Shown in pieces: positions 50,804 to 61,440 of a stretch of 64,000 nucleotides of DNA. The notes under the pieces are model-generated. The model ran no database searches. It was not told where the DNA came from and worked only from the letters and a program-made list of their open reading frames with translations. Each line of letters starts with the position of its first letter. Within the stretch, counting starts at the first letter, position 1. Source of the stretch: Octopus sinensis (Eukaryota); the NCBI RefSeq assembly GCF_006345805.1, contig NC_043019.1:1240001-1304000 (forward strand), read 5' to 3'. The position numbers and the translations under genes were made by a program.

Positions 50804-50816
50804 CATATATATATAT

Positions 50817-50850
<34 letters not shown>
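50590..50850. repeat. (TA)n/(CA)n microsatellite
   Basis: Read directly from the sequence. Confidence 0.97.
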
Positions 50851-50851
<1 letters not shown>

Positions 50852-51156
50852 ATCAAAACAGTGCACACGATACTAGACATGTAATTTCAGAAATGTAATT
50901 AGCACATTATCAATCCGGCAGCAATATTTATAGGATTTTTCTTTTGCTTTTGGGTTTGTTTTATTGTTTTTCACGCCTAGTACTTTTTCAGGCTTAATTG
51001 CGCCTCTTTCTGTACATTCTGAGATTCAATACTTTAGAATGTTTTCAGAGGTTCTGCGCTCGCGTCTTCCATTCTTTTCCACTTTTCTTCCAGTCACCGC
51101 TTCCGATATTATAATTAAACATATATACCTTTATAATAGAAAAAATTATACTATCG

Positions 51157-51317
51157 TGCAGGCGTGGCTGTATGGGTAAGAAGCATGCTTCCCAACCACA
51201 TGTCTCCGGATTCAGTTCCACTGCGTGACACCTTGGGCAATTATTTTCTACTATAGCCTCGGGCTGACCAAATCCTTTTGAGTGGATTTGGCTGACTGAA
51301 ACTGAAATAAGCCCATC

Positions 51318-51320
<3 letters not shown>
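51157..51320 (+). mobile_element. SINE group A head half
   Basis: Head motifs up to the internal microsatellite. Confidence 0.8.
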
Positions 51321-51353
<33 letters not shown>

Positions 51354-51388
51354 ACATACCTACCTATCTATCTATATATATATATATA

Positions 51389-51788
51389 TTACTCTTTACT
51401 CTTTTACTTGTTTCAGTCATTTGACTGCGGCCATGCTGGAGCACCGCCTTTAGTCGAGCAAATCGACCCCGGGATTTATTCTTTGTAAGCCCAGTACTTA
51501 TTATATCAGTGTCTTTTGCCGAACCGCTAAGTGACGAGGACGTAAGCACACCAGCATCGGTTGTCAAGCAATGCTAGGGGGACAAACACAAACACACAAA
51601 CACACACATATACATACATATATACGACAGGCTTCTTTCAGTTTCCGTCTACCAAATCCACTCACAAGGCATTGGTCGGCCCGGGGCTATAGCAGAAGAC
51701 ACTTGCCCAAGATGCCACGCAGTGGGACTGAACCCGGAACCATGTGGTTGTTTAGCAAGCTACTTACCACACAGCCACTCCTGCGCCT
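51389..51788 (-). mobile_element. SINE group A, full length, young-looking
   Basis: Close to the consensus of the other copies. Confidence 0.92.
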
Positions 51789-51825
51789 ATATATATATAT
51801 ATTATACAGGGTTGGTCAAAAGTAA

Positions 51826-51960
51826 ATCAATATTCCATAAATACCATCTGTAATTTTGCGCTAACTCGAGTGGAAAAATGTATCGTTCAAGAACGCCTTC
51901 AGTTTGAACAATGTTCATGATGCTTTATATTCAGATGCTTTCATTTAATCCATTCAGTTT
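51826..51960. mobile_element. Tc1/mariner-like terminal fragment
   Basis: TACAGGGTTGGTCAAAAGT resembles a Tc1/mariner TIR start; the partner TIR was not found. Confidence 0.35.
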
Positions 51961-52045
51961 TTAAACAAAATAAAAATCTTGGGATTAAATGATTTTGATT
52001 TACTATCAGGTGACTTTTGGACAAACTTGTATTTATGTATGTGGC

Positions 52046-52246
52046 TTTGTGTCTGTGTTTGTCTCCGACTATTGCTTGATAACATTTGTTGGTGTGCCTA
52101 TATATCGGGAACATAGCAGTTCGGCAAACGTGAACGGTACAATAAGTACTAGGTTTACAAAGAATAGGCCCTCATGTCGATTTGTTCGACTAAAGGTGGT
52201 GTTCCATTATAACCGCAGTCAAATGACTGAAACAAATAAGAGAGTA
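52046..52246 (+). mobile_element. SINE group A 3' half, diverged
   Basis: Tail motifs present. Confidence 0.75.
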
Positions 52247-53019
52247 TGATGAATAGATTTTCAATACGATTTTTTTCCAAACTTAGCAACGGTTTGTCCT
52301 TAGATGCCACAGATATATTTCTAAACAGTCTTTGATAAATATATTTCTAATCAATTTTATTATAAGATAATGATATATTCTAATTGAATAGCGAAAATTA
52401 ATAATTAGTTTTCTAATGAATGAAATTTATTATTTTAATGTTTAAATATATATGTATTATATAAAATAAAAAAAATATATATGATTAATATGAAATCGCC
52501 CAAAAAATTATAAATATTTTATGCTTAATATTTTTATACAGAGTTTTCGTTTCAATGAATATTTGTGTTCAAATAATAATGCATTTCTCTTACAAGGAGA
52601 AAACTATTTTGATTTCATAAAACAATCACCTTTCGTCACTTGAAGCCAGACATTATTTTTGAAGATTTTTTTTTTTTGACAATATTTTCACCATAGGATT
52701 TGTCTCTTTCATCTGAAGTATTTTCGATCGCAGAATGATTGTGAGAACATCTTAAAATACTGGCTAAATTCTCCTAGAAAATGGGAAAAAAATGTCTGGC
52801 CAGCAAGTGTTCCTCAAAAAGGCTAAGAGTAAAAGACGTTTTATATGACACATTCTACCAGTGTCCGAAGTTTGAAATTGTCTAGTTACAAAAAATATTT
52901 TAAAATCTGTCGGTCAAAAGGTAAAGATCCATGTATGTCATTAAGCTAAGCGACCCAGTGTATCAGGTACCCACTTTCATAATACTAAATATTTTAATTT
53001 GCAAATATTATTTTCATTT

Positions 53020-53520
53020 GTTAAAATGATCAGCTGTTTTTCGTGACTTCAATCTACACCACTTTCATGTTGCTAATATTTTTTGCTGAGCTTTTCAACA
53101 TACAATCTATGTTATAGAGCTCTTTCATTTGAACACAAATATGACATAGTTTTACTTTATAATAGCTGAGTTATTTTATCCACAATCAATTTTGAGCGAT
53201 ATTTACAATTTAATTTTTTTCTTGACTTGCAGTTACACAACAATTTCCGTAGCAAATTTCAATTCAAAGTCAATTTTTCGCCTTAATAACCTATTTGTGA
53301 CCTCATTATTATTAATAATTTTTAATGAACTAAATTTCCATCTTTTATCTGAAGCTGATCGAGAACGGAATTAGTGATGAAGGTTAGAAGTGCTCGCCCG
53401 TAACTAAAAGTTGACTTTAAGAATGCATTCAGTGTCGTGGGTGAATGATCTGTTACTATCAGCAACTTTACACGAGACTCAACGGCCGTTATCTCTCTCA
53501 CGTATATTCTCATTTCAACT
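53020..53520 (-). pseudogene. Possible decayed GPCR fragment (weakest candidate)
   Basis: TTLNAFLKSTFSYGRALLTFITNSVL and NSAIIK*NYVIF fragments only. Confidence 0.2.
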
Positions 53521-53786
53521 TTTCCTGTTTTGTTTCCAAATAATAAAACTTATAGCAGTTAAATTATGGTTGATAACTGTGGTTGAAAACTTTATAGTTA
53601 TTTGAAAATGAGTTTTTCTTATAGTATAGTGAGGACAATTTCTAATACTGCTAAAATCAATTTAGCTACCGAGGAAATGAGTGTGCAACACCTTCCAAAG
53701 AGCTACATGTCAAAGGTCACACACACAATCGAAATGATAATGGCATATATATACACAGACATACAAACAGGTACACACACATACTT

Positions 53787-53850
<64 letters not shown>

Positions 53851-53858
<8 letters not shown>

Positions 53859-54262
53859 AGGCTTAGTAAAATAAATTACTTTGCCACATACTGAACTCAT
53901 TAGAAATAGCAGCTAAAGAAATTTCTTTAGCTATTTCTAATACTTAAAGAAGATCTCTCTCAGATAGTGTTTGCTCAAATCAACTCACAAAGGTATGGGG
54001 GAAAAACATTAAAAAACATTTGTGAGTTGATTTGAGCAAACGCTATCTGAGAGAGATCTTCTTTAAGTATTAGAAATAGCTAAAGAAATTTCTTTAGCTG
54101 CTATTTCTAATGTGTTCAGTATGTGGCAAAGTAATTTATTTTACTAAGCCCTTATATATAATGTAATATTTTGAATTCGCCTAAAATGGTCCCTTTACAT
54201 ACTGAATACTTGGTGAAATTGATTAATAATTAATTAATTTTACCCTCAATTGTTGAAATTAT
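53851..54262 (+). mobile_element. Penelope-like pLTR-type fragment forming a ~140-bp-arm hairpin
   Basis: 53851-53991 is the inverse of 54019-54161; same family as 685-1290; bounded by (TA)n. Confidence 0.7.
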
Positions 54263-54669
54263 ATATATATATATATATGAATGTTGTTGTTTGCATCCTT
54301 TTATCTCGGGAGACAATGGACTTGAGCATATAGTAATCCAGTCTGGTTTTTACATTTCGTGTCCTCTCCAGTTTTGCGCAGGCCTGGGCTAGATATAAGA
54401 AAATTGTGGTTTTCTTTTTCATTTTAAAATCTACTAGAACTAATTAAGAATGAATATATACGCAATCAGCGAAGGTATTCGGTAGATTCCTGGCAGGCAC
54501 GACAACATTGGCATAAACATGCATAATTATACTTTATTTTTTATTAAGCACTTTATTTGGTTGTTTGTAAATTCAGCCGTTGGCATACGCACACACTTAC
54601 GCTAACACACTCATAAATATGCTGGCACACAAACTCACCTACATTCCCACACACATATACTGATATACT

Positions 54670-55389
54670 TTTCTACTGTAGACACAAGGCTCGACATTTT
54701 TGAGGAAAGGGTCAGTCGACCCCAGTACGCAACTGGTACTTAATTTATCGATTCCGAAAGAATGAAAGGCAAAGTCAACCTCGGCGGAATTCGAACTCAG
54801 AACTTAACGACAGACGAAATGCATATTTCTTTACTACCCACAAGGAGCTAAACACAGAGGGGACAAACAAGGACAGACAAACGGATTAAGTCGATCATAT
54901 CGACCCTAGTCCGAAACTGGTACTTTATTTATCGACCCCGAATGGATGAATGGCAAAGTCGACCGCGGCGGAATTTGAACTCAGAACGTAAAGACAGACG
55001 AAATACTGCTAAGCATTTCGCCCGGCGTGCTAATGTCTCTGCCAGCTCGCCGCCTTCCACCTACATTTACTGATATATCTACATTTTTGTCAATTTTGTG
55101 AATACCTATTTCTTTATTACCCACAAGGGGCTAAACATAGAGGGGACAAACAAGGACAGACAAACGGATTAAGTCGATTATATAGACCCTAGTCCGACTG
55201 GTACTTTATTTATCGACCCCGAAAGGATGAAAGGCAAAGTCGACCGCGGCGGAATTTGAACTCAGAACGTAAAGACAGACGAAATACTGCTAAGCATTTC
55301 GCCCGGCGTGCTAATGTCTCTGCCAGCTCGCCGCCTTCCACCTACATTTACTGATATACCTGTACATTTTTGTCAATTTTGTGAATACC
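54670..55389 (-). mobile_element. SINE group B cluster with tandem duplication
   Basis: A partial unit at 54670-54820, then units 54824-55107 and 55108-55389 that each include the same ~50-bp non-SINE flank. Confidence 0.88.
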
Positions 55390-55750
55390 GGACCCAAAAT
55401 TGATGAGTGATAAAAAAAAGTATTTAAATAGAGAACAATAAAATAAATTACTCGTCAGAATTTGCACTCGTATCTCACATTTTTAACGAATTACAACGTC
55501 GATAAAGACTCCGTAATTTTGATAAATACGTTTCCATAGCCTTAGAGATAACAACAGCAAACAAGCTACAGGTGACATGTAAAATATTTGATTACAGTAC
55601 ATAAAAAGCAAATGCTTGGTTTTTTTACATAAATTGAAGAAAAATTCTAAATAATAAAACTTACAGCAATTAAATAATATGGAAGAAAAATGTAAATTAT
55701 GGTTGATAACTTTGTAGTTTGAAAATTAGTTTTTTCTTATAGTATAGAGA

Positions 55751-55992
55751 GTGGAGGCGCGTGGCTTAGTGGTTAGGGTGTCATCGTAAGATTGTAGTTT
55801 CGATTGCTGGACCAGGCGACGCGTTGTGTCCTTGAGCAAAATTCTTCATTTCACGTTGCTCCAGTCAACTCAGCTGGCGAAAATAAGTAACGCTGCGATG
55901 GACTGGAGTCCCGTCCAGCTGGGGAACACATACACCAAAGAAACCGGGAAACCGGGCCCATGAGCCAGGCTAGGCTTTAAAAGGGCGCATTT
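55751..55992 (+). mobile_element. SINE group D head with GGAAACCGG-type tail, 10-bp TSD
   Basis: TSD TATAGTATAG at 55738-55747 and 55997-56006. Confidence 0.85.
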
Positions 55993-56047
55993 ATATTATA
56001 GTATAGTGAGGACAAGTTCTAACTGCTTCTATTACATTTGGTGGAGG

Positions 56048-56462
56048 GGAACTTTTCGATTTGAACGGATTTTGTTTTTCTAGCAGTGTCATATGAAATT
56101 GTCACCCATAATTATGACCCTAGTATCGATCTATTTTCAATCTGTTTTAGGGTTAGGATTAGGGGTGGAGGGAAGGGTATATTTTTTCTTCACAAATGTA
56201 AATAAACCCAATCTGTTTCTTAAACGAGGGACATATTCGTACGGCACAAAATGTTGTTTACCTCAATGGACGTCAGTGATTGGTTGAAATTGCAGAAATT
56301 GAAGAAAAAACAATAAATATCTTACAAACCATAGAATTTTCTCAATAAAGCCAAGAGAAAAAGTTGTTTTATAAACACATTCTACCAGTATACAAAGTTT
56401 AAAATGTTTTAGTTACCTAGGAATTATGTTAAAAGCTGCCGTTCAAACCACCGAAAAGATCA
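56048..56462. mobile_element. Second copy of the 8-bp-TSD MITE
   Basis: Homologous to 10418-10756 with ~80 extra internal bases; TSD GGTGGAGG at 56040-56047 and 56463-56470. Confidence 0.88.
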
Positions 56463-56539
56463 GGTGGAGGTAATTGCAACATATCCCTGTTCGACTGCGT
56501 TGCAGAAGAACAATGTTTGCATCTTTAGTGACGAGAACC

Positions 56540-56745
56540 TATTTCTTTATTACCCACAATGGGCTAAACATAGAGGAGATAAACATGGACAGACAGAGGT
56601 ATTAAGTCGATTATATCGACCCCAGTGCTTAACTGGTACTTAATTTATCGACCCCGAAAGGATGAAAGGTAAAGTCGACCTCGGCGAAATTTGAACTCAC
56701 AACGTAACGCACCCGAAATACCGCTAAGCATTTCGCCCGACGTGC
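56540..56745 (-). mobile_element. SINE group B inserted in the left terminal repeat
   Basis: Homology to 11293-11715. Confidence 0.88.
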
Positions 56746-57326
56746 ATTTATCTATCCGTCGGGTTTCAAGTGCATGGTAGGGCGGAATTTGCTCTGTACC
56801 GTAAATAGCTGTATTTTACAATACTAACATACTAAGTAAGATAAGCAAAAGTAAGTCCAGATTAAGCTGTAAAAACTCTGCAAAAATCAATAGCGTACGT
56901 AATAGATAACGTATATTTTAAATTACTTTCAGAAAAATACTTTCTTAAAAATATCGATCTATGTATATTCTCTTTTATAATTCAAAATATTAACTCATTA
57001 TTTTAACTTAAAATATGTACAATAATATAAAACATAATAATCAGACTATTAATCGTTTATTATTTGCCAAAAGAGCGACAGCAGACATGACATTAACTGT
57101 CAAAATATCGGGAGGGAATTATTTGAAATGTCTCAATAAGGGGACAACGATATGCAGCCAAATAATGGAGGTTATTTTTTATTGTCAATGGCAAGACGCC
57201 TTTCCCAGCAGCGTTTTCCTGTCTTGCAACTGTAAGTAAATACAGTTCACTCAGGTTATACTGGCTGCTCTCGTGTAGCTTCCAGCAAATAACTGCAGTA
57301 CAACACTTCATTTCTGTGTTACCGTC

Positions 57327-57486
57327 CTTTCTATCTTGACTACTTTCTATCTTGACTACTCTGTATCTTGACTACTTTTTATCTTGACTACTTTCTATCT
57401 TGACTACTTTCTATCTTGACTGCTTTCTATCTTGACTACATTGTATCTTTACTACTTTCTATCTTGACTACTTTCTATCTTGACTA
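57327..57486. repeat. Minisatellite, 10 x 16 bp (CTTTCTATCTTGACTA)
   Basis: Read directly from the sequence; some units carry substitutions. Confidence 0.95.
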
Positions 57487-57919
57487 GCGCGTTCAGGCAT
57501 AAAAGAAACTGCCTATTCTTCCCTGCAAGGAAAAGTAATCTTCAAAATTGCCGAAGCAAATTCGGCCGATAGATCTTACACATCCTGAACGACGGAGTGT
57601 AAAGTGATTGCCTCTTCCACATGCAGCTTGGACTGATCTAAAACACAGAATGGACGATACACATAGTAACAGTGTGAGACTTGTTGATTCTGACATTATT
57701 CGAGTAGCCATCCAGTCGATGAAAGCTAGGAGGCATGCAGAGAACGTCGTACGTTTTACCCACCAATTATTTACGGTAAAAAAGCAAATTCCGCCGGAAC
57801 CATGCATTTGAACTCCGACGGATAGATAAATGTGAGCGGTTTTCGTCACTAAAGATGCAAACAAGGATATGTTGCAATTATTCTAGGTTCGGCACTAACA
57901 GCTCGAGACACAGCATACT

Positions 57920-58635
57920 CAGTTACAATAAACATTTCTATCATAGGCAAAAATCTGGAAGTGTAGGGGATGATGCATTACTCAACTGGTAGTTATTTCA
58001 TCGGCCCCGAAAAGATGAAATGCAAAGTCGACCTCGGCGGAATTTTAACTCAGAACGGGTGAAGTGCTATTATGCATTTGACTTGGTTTGCTAACAATTC
58101 TGCTTACTCGACGCTTTATACAATTACATAGAAATCATTCTTTACGGACTGAGTGTGTGATTCGAAATGCCTGAAAATATGTTGTTAAACGTTCTTGCCC
58201 GACGTACTAAGGGTTCTATCATTTTGCCACGTTATAAAGAACTTCTAAATGATAATTTTATTTCTATTATAGGCACAAAGCCTGAGTTACGAGGTAAGTC
58301 GATTGATACTTATTTCATTGTCCCCGGAATTACGAAAGGCAAAATCGACATCGGTGTGATTTGAACTGAGAAAATAAAGACAGATGAAAATGCCGCTCAG
58401 CATGCTGCCTGCCAGCTCACCTCCTAAAAAAAAATATATATATCCGATTGGCAAAAGGTCTGAAATTTTGGAGAGCTGTGTAATTTGATTACCTCGACCC
58501 CAGTACTTTTTCGGCATTGAAAGGATGGAAGTAAAACACGACCTCGGCATAAATCGAACTCTGAACGTAATGACGGACGAAATGACGCTGATTATTTTAA
58601 TCCGGTGGACTAATAATTCTACCAGCTTACCAACT
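57920..58635 (-). mobile_element. Three degenerate SINE group B-like copies (~57920-58115, 58258-58405, 58440-58635)
   Basis: Recurrent CCCCGAAAAGATGAAATGCAAAGTCGACCTCGGCGGAAT-like blocks. Confidence 0.65.
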
Positions 58636-59589
58636 GAAAAACAATTTTGATAAGACACGCATATCATATTCAAGAAATCGATATAAAGAAAGTATAATCT
58701 CGTTTATCTCCAAAAAATTTCAAAACGTTGAAATTATATAAACAGACTACTGAATAAAACTAAAGGTAAATGATAGCATCTGTTTATTAAACTTCAAATT
58801 TTTTCCTTACCGCACACTTATCATCCATCATAAGTATGGTATTTAACTGTTTTTCATGTTATCGTAAATGCTATAAGATGTTGTTTTTTTTTCGATATTA
58901 TGAAAATAAATGATATGACAGTGAGTGTATATCATCCAAAATACCTGTACGAAATAACAACAAAGTATTCTGAAAGTGAATTCACATGCAGCGAATGAAA
59001 AAGGTCTGAAACATCTCTGCGTAGAACTTGAACCTGGCCCAGAACACTACAGACGAATAAAAATATAAAGTAAAATCACCATCTTCTGACGGCAGACCAA
59101 TCCTCACCATGAGTTATCTGTTGTTTCCCATTATTAGATGCTTTTTCCTGTGTCGATGATTTGAAAAACAACACAGACTTTGCACAACATTGGTAAAAAT
59201 TGGAAATATTTTACATAGACACAAAATAACACAAATTAGCTGATAAAATATTGATTTTTGTATAAATTTTCTGTTGTTATTTCAAACGAATCAAAAACTA
59301 AAAGCTAAAATGCCTTTTTTTCTGTTAAGGTGTAACAAAATATAGTTTCAGGCGATTTAGAATTATATATTGGGTTTTTCGTTTTCGGTTGTTGTCTTTA
59401 CTTCCTCCTCTAACTATCAAGTTTATTTTCACCATAAGTCTACGACTGAATTTTTCTACTTTTCTTCTCTTACCAAAAATACTAACATCCTTCACAGTTG
59501 TCAACCAAATAAGTTTGCAGTTTCCTTGTAGTTTGCCCAAACTTAGCTGCAGTTTACGCATCATTAAACATCATTAGCATTTCCATTTC

Positions 59590-60420
59590 GTCTGAAGCTT
59601 TCGCCGCCACCACAGTAAGAAGCAAAAATATTATATAATATATTAGGTAATATAGCCCCGAGAAAAGTTGATTAGTAAGTCAAGTTCCTCGGGATTCAGC
59701 ATCGATATTCTCGGTATAATATAGTCAACTTGAAATCGCTGGGAGCCATTCCCGTACATGGGAGGAGCAAAGTACCTATGATGTATAGAAATAACTCTTA
59801 TATACATTTAGAAATTCAATGATAGCGGATCATTATAGGTTTCTGTGGATATAATCCATTAGACCGTAGGTATAGTTTTGTAATAAAGGGTTGTATACTT
59901 CACAGATGACATTGATGCTTCTCTTAAATATACCATTAACGTTCTATTTTCTGATTGTGTTAAAAATATTTACATTTTCAGTACTGCTCTTGTGATCGCG
60001 ATAATGCAATTGCTTTCCGGAAATGGACAATATCATTACATGCAACGTTATTTTACATTAGTTCACTTCAAATAGATGAATGGTTTGTAACTTCCAAACA
60101 GCGATACATTGCGATTGAAGAATGAAAACACGTCTCCACTATTGATTTTGAATATTTCACTAAACTACTTAGTGAGGGCCACCACATAGAACCGATAAAT
60201 GGTAATAGGGTTATGGTTACAATAGTTGTTATTGAGTATGTTTATTCGTTCGAAATTGAAGAAACACAAACCGAGTTTCTCGGATTTATTTGTCATGAAA
60301 AGGGACGTCTCTGAGTGTGAGAAAATACTGAAATGAAACCCATACGATCATGTGAATCCCTTTGGCTGCTGGTTACTCGAAGGAATACACCAATATAATA
60401 GACAAGGGTTATTTAAGTTT
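59590..60420 (-). pseudogene. Putative highly decayed class A GPCR
   Basis: Minus frames give LVYYIGVFL..FISVFS, SSIAMYRCLEV (60098-60112; DRY-like), ELFLYIIGTLLLPC..FKLTILYREYR and ILYNIFASYCGGGESFRR over ~830 bp. Confidence 0.33.
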
Positions 60421-61234
60421 CGACGAGTCCATCGTTTTGCACCACCGAAATCTCTTGTGCATGGACTACATACAATTGAATATATACAACACAATGTTTA
60501 GCTTACTTTCTGTAATATTTCATTCTCATTTACTACCCACCAGTAGAATGCCTGTCTGTAATTATTTAATGATGAAGTTTTGTTGACGTACAAATTTTGG
60601 GATATGAATTAGGCAATGGATACGTTCGCATACGTTACCTTCTGCATAAAGATTGTCTCTCATTCGAGGTCTTCGAGAACACACCGCAAAACTTGAAAGG
60701 AATGATATACTTCAAACGTTAGCTATGGTTGATTCAGAATGGAGGGCATCAATATATGGTAGAAAGACGGGCGGTTATATTGCTGGCATGTTTTATGAAT
60801 ACACGTCACAACGTTGGACGTTTTGTGTATAAAATCACATCCATAATACGACAATGGTGGTTTAAAAACATTCTATTATACGCTCATATTTCAGGACATT
60901 TTATGTAAATAACTAATTGAAGACCAAGGTACACGAATTTAATCACCATAAAATACGCATGCGGACATACGTACATACATACGTAGGTACCAATAGGTAC
61001 GCTGATATACAAGCACACACATAGACACACAGACGCGCTCGCACAAACACAGAGTTCACGAAACCCTAAATGGGAAATCTTGCGACTGGTTAGCGTTGCG
61101 TTGCGTTCAGGTGGAATGCTGGCCCTCACATAGAGCTAGTGGTGTGGCATCATTTGAAAGATACATCAATGTGAAGGAATGTATTATGACGAGCGATGAA
61201 TAGCAACACCCGAGAATTTGGTCTACACATTAAA

Positions 61235-61398
61235 GCGCAGAAGTGGCTGCGTGTTAAGAAGCGTACATCCCAACCACAAGACTCCGGGTTCAGTCCCACT
61301 GCGTGGCACCTCGAACAAGTGTCATCTACTATAGCCTCGGGCCGACCAAAGCCTTCTGAGTGGATTTGATACACAGAAACTAAAATAAACCTGCCGTA
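61235..61398 (+). mobile_element. SINE group A head half
   Basis: Head motifs present. Confidence 0.8.
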
Positions 61399-61440
61399 AA
61401 TAAATAAATAAATATTGTGTGGTAAGTAGCTTGCTAACCA

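Larger units (their letters stand above)
56471..57882. mobile_element. Unclassified element with long (~110 bp) inverted termini
   Basis: TAATTGCAACATATCC..TGTTTGCATCTTTAGTGACGAGAACC, resuming after a SINE as CATTTATCTATCCGTCGG..GCGGAATTTGCT, is the inverse of 57770-57881. Confidence 0.7.

Noticed and set aside
52620-52830. Possible mariner 3' fragment
   Set aside because: Too degenerate to show a diagnostic motif.
57327-57486. Regular repeat array as a possible CRISPR
   Set aside because: The units are contiguous 16-mers with no unique spacers, there are no cas genes, and the context is eukaryotic.
57493-57864. 123-aa minus-strand ORF
   Set aside because: It starts inside the inverted terminal repeat, has no recognisable domain and is probably an antisense frame.
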